From NCBI GenBank assembly GCA_010405405.1, contig MU004239.1:1116001-1180000 (forward strand): a stretch of DNA of 64,000 bases, given 5' to 3'. The notes below the pieces were generated by a model. It did no database searches. It was not told the DNA's origin and saw nothing but the letters and a program-made list of their open reading frames with translations. This DNA comes from Microthyrium microscopicum (taxonomy: Eukaryota). This document shows positions 11,803 through 21,997 of the stretch, piece by piece (the first letter of the stretch is position 1; each line of letters starts with the position of its first letter). Position numbers and translations under genes: made by a program.

Positions 11803-13315
11803 ATGGATTCTTCATTCAAGATGACATCCCCTTCCAACATCCCTGGGGTCAAAGATCTTCGTGCTATTCTTCATTTGAATAATCCAAGCTCAGCTCTAAC
11901 AAAAGAGTTCAACACGCGATTCAATGCATTCAGGAGACAATATGTCACTGCCAAAGGTTTATCAGGTACCGAGTTGTACCATTGGAATTCTCCAGATCAC
12001 CAACGGGACCTGTCAGTGATGATCAATCGTTTTCTGGCGACCCCTAATTGCGCCAACCGCTTCTGGGCGGACAACACGCGCGACGGCACAGTTGAAACAA
12101 ACTCAGATAGGCCTATCTACACCAGGGATCGATCTGTGTAAGTTCTGATTTCTTCTCTAAGACTTGGTACTGATCAGCAGAAGCATTAAGAAAATATTGA
12201 TGCAGCTTGCATTTAAATTGAACCTATAAGATCATCGCAACTCCCAACGTAGACCAACAAAAAACAATCCGGGAGACGCCATGCGTAGGGTTGGTACTTC
12301 TTCGGCAGATCCAATTGTGTTGGATGATACTGCTGTCATAGACTTGCAAGATAATCGACAAGACTTGGGAAGCGTCCCTAGCCCTCGTGACGCGACTACT
12401 AACATTTCAGAGAAAGAAGCAGTAAGATGCCGATAGCCCCGAATGGAAAATAAATGCTATTCGGCTAATTTTTACCTTCAGCCATCACAGAATTTTAACC
12501 CAATATTGTACGAAAGTAGCTCAGAAAATGATCAGGACATCCCAGTTTTGGCGGGAAGAAGACCCAATTCCACCGCAACAATGCCTATTCCTGCGGCGAA
12601 GAAAAGAAAAGAGCGAGAAACAGATCCGCAACCTCCAGGCAAGAATCGCATCAAGCGTCCTTATAAGAGAGTAACCACGGGCCAGGATTTTGAGAAACGC
12701 ACCTCTGGTAGAATCCGCTCAAAGCCAGTCAAGACTGGATTTCTTAGCTTCGATCAGCTAAATGATGCAGATTTGGATCCCGAGCCACCCCACTCTGAGG
12801 ATGTCAGGGACACCACTGAAGTCCAGTTTGATATTGGCCGCGAAGCTACATTACTACAATCGCCAGAACCAACAGCTTCGACGTTACCTCCAAGGGCGTC
12901 ATTGAAAATGCTCTACTTTGTCAAAATACGTGGATCTGTAGCCGGTTATGAAGCTTGGCACTTCGAAAATGACCGGTTAGTAGATAAAACATTGAAGGAG
13001 ATACTGGAAAACCTGCCAGCGGCCCACGTGGCCTCTGAAATATGCAGTCTGGGTTTCAAACTTTCTAAAACTGAGGCGGATCTTACCACAGCAAACGATG
13101 AGTCGTTTCAGTGTGTTGTGGGACGAGACGATGAGGATGAATTCAAGTTTCTCAAGATGAACCCAATGGTTAGCCTGATCCGAGGTTGGCTTGCAAGAGC
13201 GAACACAGCTCCGTTGAAACTAGCAATGGAAATTGTGCCTGTCTATAAAGAAGAAACCAAGCTGAACCAGCGCAAGGGGCCCTCAGGTAGCCAAGAATTT
13301 TCTTTCGACTGGTAG
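11803..13315 (+). CDS. Hypothetical protein, 3 exons (introns ~12138-12183 and 12422-12481)
   Basis: TATAAAA at ~11723, ATG at 11803 and GTAAGT/GTAAGA donors linking open frames. Basic KKRK motifs; no family recognised. Confidence 0.55.
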
Positions 13316-13868
13316 TTATTGAGGCGTTTTACATGACTTCTGTGTGGCTATTTCTAAGAAAACTTGTAGGCATTCGAGTTGTAGAAGAAGTGATGTGATT
13401 ATGTTGGAAATGATGGATAGCTATCCAGGTACCTAGAGTAATGAATATTAGACGATTTCGAAAACACCCATATCTGAACATGTGCTTATACAGACAGCAA
13501 ATACATCCCAACTTCTTTCCAAGGAAAACAATACAGTCACAATCTTCGAAAGGCTCCTTCTATTTATAACGCCACGTTTGCGGCCGGCTAGCGGGCCGAG
13601 CCTAGACTAGGCTGTTCTGGTGGGTAACTAACAGGTACCATTCGTCCAATCACGAGCAAGTACGATCACCGGCCGAACAGAAGATACCGCAGCGACGATT
13701 TGAATATTTCATGTCCAGACGCGAAGTCTGTTTGTTTGCGTGAGAATATTGGAACTGCAGAGTAAGGCTTGAAATTTCAAATATTAAATTTACATCTTCC
13801 GCCGTAGACACGAACTACCAGCTGTCTGAATCCTTCCTAGCATCCCTTCATCCACCGCTACGACACAC

Positions 13869-15762
13869 TTAGTAGTACACTGGGTGGTTTGGATCAGTCA
13901 AATCGAAGATAACTGAAGAATGTGGACGCGCGCCACCCTGAAGCTGTGTTAGTGTGAGTGCTGAATGCTGTACAGGAAAACTTACACGACTGGTTGTGAA
14001 AATGGATTCAAAGTCGATTGTTCGGTTGAAGCTCACTAATTTTCAGTTAGAAATAATATCACAAGGGGTTGGGAGGATCATTTTTACAGCTTCCATCACT
14101 TCTGATATCAATCCAATGGCCCTTGTAGTCACCGGGTGTGTTGAGGACAGAGATCTAGAGTTGAGTTAGTATGTATAAAATGGTCAAAATCGGGGTTACT
14201 CACATCGCCGGCTTGAACGAAGTAGCCGGTAACAAGCAAGTTCTTCTTGTCAGGGCTGATCTTGACGTAATGGGGTCCGATAATAGGCTGGATTTCGTTG
14301 GGGTCATCAAGACGCTTGGGGTTGTTCAAGTCGGAGATATCAATAGCCGCGACGTGGTTACCAAGAGTGATGGTGAAGTAAGCGAATTTTCCGTCATCAG
14401 TGATATCAGAGTAGATTGCGACAGAGTTCTTGGCCTAGGAGAATAATTGTTAGTGTAGTTTCATGGTAATTGGACAGAATGTTTTATCTTACCTTATCAC
14501 CAAGGTCAATGAGGAGCTCGGCAACACCTTGTTTGCCAGTGGCATCGCGTCGGAAGGGATAGATGATCCAGACTTGACCAAGACCGACTGCGGTGGCGAG
14601 AGCAGCACTTTCCTTGTTGCCAGGAATGAATTTGACATCTTGAATTCCAGCGCCATCTGGGATGGTTATGGTGGAAAGGATAGTGCGAGTGTCCAATTGC
14701 CAGAGACGAAGAGTGTTGGCCTTCTGGATTCCGGCAGTTGGCTTGAGAATGGTGATTGGGACAACAAAATCAGAGGTCAGCATGATGTTGGCGTTGAAGT
14801 CAATGCTAAGACCGTGAGGTGAGAACTGTTCCTCAAGAACATTGAGGGTACTGTTGACATCTTCGGGCCACTCGTGAATGATGTTGTTGTTGGCATCGGT
14901 CTCAATAAGACGACCAGGGCTTGTTCCGACAGCACTACCCATGTATGTAATGAAGAAACCGCCATCTGGCTTAGCGCGGATCTCATCAGTGATAGAGCCA
15001 AGGATACCACGGTTGGACTTGAGGAAGGTAGGACGGTAAGGGTTGGACACGTCAAAGTAATAAGCAGTGTCTTGAGTCTTGAGCAAAGACAGAAGACCTC
15101 CGCCAACTAAGGTCTTTCCATCCTTGGATGGTCCAAGATGATGGGGAGAGTTACCACTGGATGGGACATCAGTGAGGGTGATGATTTGACCAAATGTGTC
15201 CTTGTTTCAATTATTATTTATCTCTCAAAAAGAAAATACATTGAAACTTACATCATCGAGACTGGTAGTAGCCAAGAAATCCTTGTGGATATTGTCACCA
15301 GCACCAGTCCAGAAATAACCGATCTAATAAGGATTAGCTTCATTACGAATATGGGTATTTTCAGCCGCCTACCTTCTTTGGTTTGATGTTCAGAGATGTG
15401 AAAGGTGGGCTGTCGAGAGGTGGTGTAGGAACTTGAAGGATTGGCAGTGGGGGAGCATTAGATGCCAAAGGCTGAGTAACGCCTGGAATGGATGGAATCA
15501 ATGGAGGCAATGAGATATCAATGGGAACTCCAAGGAGACCTCGCTCTTTAAGTGAGCTACCAGTGGGACCAGACAAGAAGTCGCCAGAGTTGGGCAGTGG
15601 AAGTCCAGCTGGCAAGATGTTTAAGTCTGGTAGACTTGGTAGGGGAGGCTCGATAGGAAGAGCGAGTAAGTTTCTCTTCTCGGTGGAAGAAACGACTGGG
15701 CTGGCTGCAGCTGGCAAAGCCATAACTGCTGCGAGCGCAGCGTAGGTAACGAGCGGAAGCAT
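13869..15762 (-). CDS. Secreted selenium-binding protein 56 / methanethiol oxidase-like beta-propeller, multi-exon
   Basis: Signal peptide MLPLVTYAALAAVMALPAAAS and a Pro-rich pro-region. KDFLATTSLDD-DTFGQII..VPSSGNSPHH resembles SBP56 DFLATVD..TYG.VI..P..GDELHH. Also FSPHGL..D....M.TSDF, GPHY and a C-terminal ARPH. Confidence 0.65.
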
Positions 15763-17301
15763 ATTGAAAAGCCAAGGTATCAAAAGAACGATAAAGGCAA
15801 AAGCGAATGAATGAGTTGATATGAGCGGTAATGAGTGAGTTTAGGATCAGCACAGCTGCCTATTTATGTATCTCAAGAACCCCTATGCTTTTCCTCAGCA
15901 TCTTCCTTTACTCTCTTGATTTCAAGTCGAACCGCCTCGCGATGATGACCAAAAGCCATCTTCTTTCGCCATTCTGTCTTTCTCGTTCCAAAAGATGAAA
16001 TTCTGACCTTCTTCAAATTACAACAAGCCAGAGGCTTCCTAGCCAAGACCGACGAACTGACGATGCGGGATAGAGTTGAAGCAAGAAAGAGCCAGAAAGA
16101 GCAAAGATCGACAGGAACACATCCAACCCGGGTTGAAGTTGGAAGCTGAATTGTCCGTAAACACCAGGGGCAAGCTATACTCTGCGCCACTCTTACTACC
16201 ACGGACACATAGTTTGACCAGAAATGGCATCAGGTGCCGTGAAGAAGCCAGATTCAGAAGAAACGATCTGCCGCAGTCGTCCCAAACTGGGATGACCAGG
16301 AACCCATCCAGAGATTCGGTAACAAGTGCTCATCGCCATGTTGCGCCCATCAGGCGAATAAACGTTTCGAAACTCATCATTTGCTATGCGTCAGTAATGA
16401 TGGCTTGGTGGAATTGTATACGGAGCAGTCTTGGTTTGATATGACAAGACATATAGTCTATTCAAACCCTGTTTGTGTCTACTATCTTGATTGATAGAAG
16501 GTATAACGAACTCCAATGCTTGATATTATATCATGCAGTGTCTGGAGAAGAAGCTACGCCTCCGGGTACGGCCCGCACAGATGAGGTTGTCCATCTGCAG
16601 GGTCTGATCGATCGCCAACGCTAGAAATTCATTAGTTGACAATTGTTTTTCACATTAGATCTCACTTTACACATTTTAAGCATTATAGCCGCTATAAAGA
16701 TTATGTTGCTTGGCAATAGAAGACCATTGGAGAACTGGCATGAAGTTGGCCACCAGTCTGTGCTTTCTCAGCCTTCCTGCGGGAAGAACAACGAACATCT
16801 GGGGCTGTATCACGCCATTTTGATGCTGATGTGGTGGAAATACCAGCAACGAGAGAGCATTTAATGCCAAGTGTGCCCAGACTCAGCACGACATGCAAGC
16901 CCAATTGTGCATTTTGATATGTTTTCGAATGAAAACTCGCATCTGAACGGCAAGGATCGCCGTAGCCTTGCCTATTTCGAAAAATGCTGTCCTCAGAAAA
17001 CTCCAACCTTCAGCCTGAGAGGTCTTAATTCACGATGACCAACAACCTTCCGCGCTGGCTTGCAGCTTGTTTTCTTGGCAACTCATTGCTCACAACTGAT
17101 ACGAAAGGCGTCAGTAAGGATGGCGGGAAGATCTCAATATTCATGCAATTGGTGCAGGTTGGAGCGTGAACTGCAGACATTGGACAGCCTTAGCTATTGA
17201 AAATAAAGCCAGTGGTCGGACTTTGAAAAGTTTCGATTTTTCATTGCTGCTTGGTTCTTTTGCTTGCGTCTGTTCGATTTTCTCTCATTTCATCATTTGC
17301 A

Positions 17302-18791
17302 ATGAAGCTCACCACCATCGCAACCACGCTGTTGCTAAGCGTAGTACAAGCCAATGTTGTGAAGAGAGATGCTCAGTTTGCGCAGGGCGAGCCAGTCGAT
17401 GCTACGGGAAAGGGTGGTCCAATTTTAGGTACGAGGAACATGGCCTCTGTATTCAATATTCAAGTAACTGATGTCCTGATAGGTGGCACCAACAAGCAGA
17501 TCGATCTCCAGAACCCTGATGGTCTAGGAGCACAATCTACTGACAACGGAATTGTGCCAAACTTGAAATGGAGCTTCTCTGATTCCAAGACTCGTCTTCT
17601 CAACGGAGGCTGGGTCCGTGAACAAGTCATCACAGATCTCCCTTCATCGCATGATATTGCCGCAGCGCAACAACATCTCAAGAAAGGAGCTCTTCGTGAA
17701 CTTCATTGGCATCGTGTGGTAAGTCCTGTACTTGAACTCATTATTCACAGTTACCTGATAGTTTAGGCCGAATGGGGATTTGTTTACAACGGATCCGTTG
17801 AGATCTCGTCAGTTGACGAGAATGGTAAATATGAAGTTGCCACTCTCAACTATGGAGATATTTGGTACTTCCCCAAAGGTGTTGCCCATACCATCCAAGG
17901 CCTTGCCGATGAGAACGAGTACCTTCTTGTCTTTGACGAATCCAACTTTGACGCTGTTGGTACAACTTTCATGGTTGATGATTGGTTAGCACATACACCA
18001 AAAGGTAAGCTTCTTCCTCTGGACTCTTCTTGAGGTTGAGTTGCAATTATCAACGAACGTTAACATTCCGAGCAGATATCATTGCCAAAAACTTTGGCGT
18101 TGACCCAAGCACCTTCGCCAACCTGCCAACAGCTGACCCATATATCCTACCCGCCAATGTCAGCAAGAGCACTGTCAGCGGTGGAGGAGGAGAATTGACT
18201 GGCAAAGAAACATATGTGTACAGAACTCTTAAATCGCAGCCTGAGCCGGTGCCAGGCAACGGTGGAACTTTCTACAAGATTGACAGCACGAATTTCCCTA
18301 TTAGCAAGACTTTGGCTGCGACTTTTGTCACTCTAAAGCCAGGTGGACTTAGAGAGCTCCACTGGCATCCCAATGTAAGTCATCTCCCCTATATCTCAAA
18401 AGAACTCTTGAACTAATCGGAAACAGGCTGAGGAGTGGCTATACTTCCACAAAGGTCATGCTCGTGCCACCGTCTTCATTGGAAACTCTAATGCCAGAAC
18501 TTTCGACTTCCAGGCCGGTGACACTGCAGCATTCCCAGATAACTCAGGGTATATTCACATTCACATCTCGCACTGCCTTCATTTCTAACCGCTAGTAGTC
18601 ATTACATTGAGAACACCTCTGCAACCGAAGACCTCGTCTGGATTGAGATGTACAAATCAGACCGCGTCGCTGACATCTCTTTGACTCAATGGCTAGCTTT
18701 GACACCAGCTGATATTGTGGCTCAGACCTTGAAGGTTCCACAAAGCTTCGTGGAGCAATTGAAGAAGCAGAAGCAAGTGCTTATCAAATAG
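17302..18791 (+). CDS. Secreted bicupin oxalate decarboxylase/oxidase
   Basis: Signal peptide; two cupin Mn sites (RELHWHRV-AEW..HTIQG and RELHWHPN-AEEW..HYIEN); PNLKWSFSDS; five canonical introns. Confidence 0.92.
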
Positions 18792-19475
18792 ATGGAGTCA
18801 TTACTTGTTCTGTAGTAGATGTTGTGGAATTGTTTGTTATATCAAGTTCAACCAGTTGTGATGGTTGATGTTTGATCATTCTTTTATACGCATTAAAATC
18901 TAATTATAATGTATTCTCTTTTATACCAAATCCCTCGATGCAGTAGTAGGGATCTCCGAACGTGAGACACTGGTTTCGCCGGATCTATCCTGGATATGGC
19001 TCTTCATGCGAGCTCTTCATCAACATATAACTTCCGTCCATTCATATCTTCATACACTCGATACAAAGTATGTCCAGATGACTTGGCATGGTAGAATTTA
19101 AAAGGCCATCGAGGTCGCCGGATTGTTCTTGCTGTCAGCTCAACAGTGCGTCAAAATGCCCAATTCCAGTTGTTTCTGCATAGATCAAGCGCATTGGTAA
19201 AAGGTTTTGGATTTTCACGAGGTAAAGACTGTAAATATATGGATATAAATGCAAGCAATTTCGGTTTTTTGTAATCACCACACATCCGTGGGCGCGTAAA
19301 GTAAATGTATGTCTGGCGACGTTGTTCTTCCATGCGCCCCTTATTTGCCCTTGTGTTGCTGCCCAAGCCAATTTTGCACCGGTTGAGCGGCGCCAGTCTA
19401 ACGCTCTGTAGACTTTAGTTTCACACAAGAGGTGACAGTAACTAAAAGGGGCAGCTCGAAGGTTGGCAGCTAATT

Positions 19476-19730
19476 CTATAAAACATGTTAGCAAAAAAAC
19501 TTTAAAGAGTCGAGTGGTAGGGAAGCTGACCTATTCTCCGAATTAACAAGGCTTGTTTAAAGCCTGGGCGCGCCCGGATTCCTGATCGCCGTTGTCGTAC
19601 TACTAATGGAACCAGCAAATGCCGCTTTGCTCTGAGCTAGACCAAGTGCAAGCGGGCGCGAGACGCCGTCGGAAGGAGGTTTTCTATCCGGTGAAGGAGC
19701 CTCGCTTTCGGCGAGGTTGCGAATTTGTCA
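19476..19730 (-). promoter_or_regulatory. eRF1 3'UTR regulatory module: UGA-CAA stop, 56-codon in-frame extension to TAA (19559-19557), and 3'UTR intron 19530-19476
   Basis: Read directly: TGA CAA ATT..., an open frame to TAA, then AG|GTCAGC..GCTAAC..TATAG| 26 nt after that TAA. Confidence 0.8.
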
Positions 19731-21149
19731 ATCTGCGAGATTTATTAGCTACTTGCATTGCCCATAGCACTTCAAGAATCCTACCGTCATCATCATAGAA
19801 CTCATCATCGTCGTCGAAATCAGCCAATTGCTCAAAATTGAGATTGTAGCGCAGAATGCCGCCAATACCACCGAAACCTTTGACAAACTGGTTGCCCTCG
19901 GAAGATCGATCGGAGACAAATTCCAGTGTCGCACCGAAATTTTGGTAGTTCTCTGCCAACCACTCCAAGAAGGGCATCTGCTCAACAACTTCCATTTCTT
20001 GACCACTTTCTTTGTCCATGAACTTGGTGCGATCTTGCTCATCCTGCTTGGTAGTGTTGATAATGAAATTGGTTCCAGCGGCGTTTTTCAGAGTCCAGCG
20101 AGTCATCTCCAGATTCTCAAATACAATAAGCGTCTCGCAGGCACCAGCCTCCATTGCTTTAAGAGTATCATCGATGCCGTAACAAACTTTTCCAGTGTTC
20201 TGACTAATCTCATCGAAATAAGCATTGATGAGCTTCTTTTCCTGGATAAACTTCACGTTACTGAGAGTCTCGCCGGACAGTTCGATTGCCTGGTTGAAAC
20301 CGTTCTCGCCACCATAGGAAACGTCGACAATTTTGATGACCTTGGATTGCAGACGGTTATCAAACAAATCGGACTGATTGAGATCGTTTTTGAAATCAGC
20401 CGATCCGGCAAGGATAAGACCAGCAACATTGACTTTATCATTGGTGATGAAATTCTGCACAGCTAGCTCTGCGACTTTTCGGACATAGTTGTGACGCTTT
20501 TCCTCTCGAAGACGGGCGAAACGAAGGGCAGATTGACCACCACGACCGTGCTTCTTGGGCAAATCAACCGAAAACTTGTGAACAACTTCGCGAGTGTTGC
20601 CTGAAAGGGTGCCGAAGAGTGATCCGCTACCATCCATGATGATGAATCCAAACTTCTGATCAGAGTCCAACAACTCGCTCAATGCTTCAGTATGGAACTT
20701 GTTGTCGCAGAGATATAGGGAAGTATTGATTGGCTTGAAAGGCTCAAAGTCAATGTTGATTTTTCTTTCCTTGCCTTCTGAAGTAATGATTTCACCACAG
20801 TAGACAACAAGGCCATTTGGCGGGACTTTGGAATATAGTTTCAGACGCTGCTGGGTGGAGGTGATGGCGGAGAGGACTGAAAGACGATTGACGCGAGATT
20901 TGATGTTGGAAGCTGTTCCGAACTCTTCAGCCAACATTTTGGCAGCCCGAGAGACCTGATCCTTAGGTGGAATAATGAGGGATATCATGCTTGTGCCATT
21001 ACCGCGGCTAGGTAAAATAGTTAGCACTAGGCTCGAACAGTGAATGCTGGGAAAGGAAAAACGTACGCAGCCTCTAGACGCTTAATGAGCTTCTTGACCT
21101 TCCAAATCTCAATGTTCTTCTCCGCCTCGTTGGGCTGTGGGGCACTCAT
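19728..21149 (-). CDS. SUP45: Eukaryotic peptide chain release factor 1. Exons 21149-21067, 21007-19785, 19732-19728
   Basis: GTSMISL, TASNIKS, YLCDNKF and GGQ motifs. Splicing the 52-nt intron 19784-19733 gives ..FYDDDD-TGA. Confidence 0.97.
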
Positions 21150-21997
21150 GATGAATTATGCTTTGGGCGGCCGCGCTGAGGAGCACCCTGTGTGACGTGG
21201 AAATTGAAGGGTTTGGCAGACAGTTCTGACGGTGCGTACAGCTATCGTTGGAAGTAGGGCAGCGGAAGAATTGTTCGCAGCCTATGGGCGGTGGATGTGC
21301 CTTTTTAAGGCACTGCGAAAGACAGTGGAGAAGCGATGAAGAAGCAAGAAAGTGTGAGATCGGGTGACGTCCAAGTTAGTGATGGCGAGAATTTATTGTT
21401 GGCTGATTAAGCGCATAGTTGAGGCCTAGCGTCACAATTTACCTACGGAGTAATGACGCCCGACCAGCCTGATTTGGTAGATAGAGTAGCTTACACCTAG
21501 GGATCAAGCTACTATATTCCAGAGCAATAGATTACACACGGCATGCAGGACTTTTAACAGGACTTTTAGAAAGAAGATCCGAAAAGAACCGTAATTATGA
21601 CATGAAAAGTCAGGTGTGGCGCGGAAGTATCACCAGCCACGAACGCCACAAGTAATCCTCATCCACCTGGGCAATGTTCGAAATATTCAGAGAGAGTCAT
21701 GAGAACTCGTCGACACTATGAACTTTCCTCAACTCCAGTACGGACCTCTGCTCACCCGTCATTGTGCAAGTAGCATGTAGGATATGCGCATTCCAGTTTC
21801 ATGAAGAAGGCGCCCTCAATAGAATTTGAGACTGATAAAGGCATTTTACCAAGGACTTTTCGATAACAGTCAATGATATATGGGTACTACAGACGCGTTT
21901 GCTATGCCATTCTCTCGTCAAGAGTGCATGATCTATTTCACTGCTCCTGAAGATCCTCATTAGGACACCCATTTGACACATATGGGCCATATTAACG

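Noticed and set aside
19684..21027. ORF-track 447-aa eRF1 as the main protein
   Set aside because: It starts inside intron 1 and reads through the last intron. The spliced model 21149-19728 gives the conserved N-terminus and an acidic end.
21150..21997. Pho4/NUC-1 CACGTG boxes upstream of the phosphate transporter
   Set aside because: I did not find CACGTG in this interval by eye.
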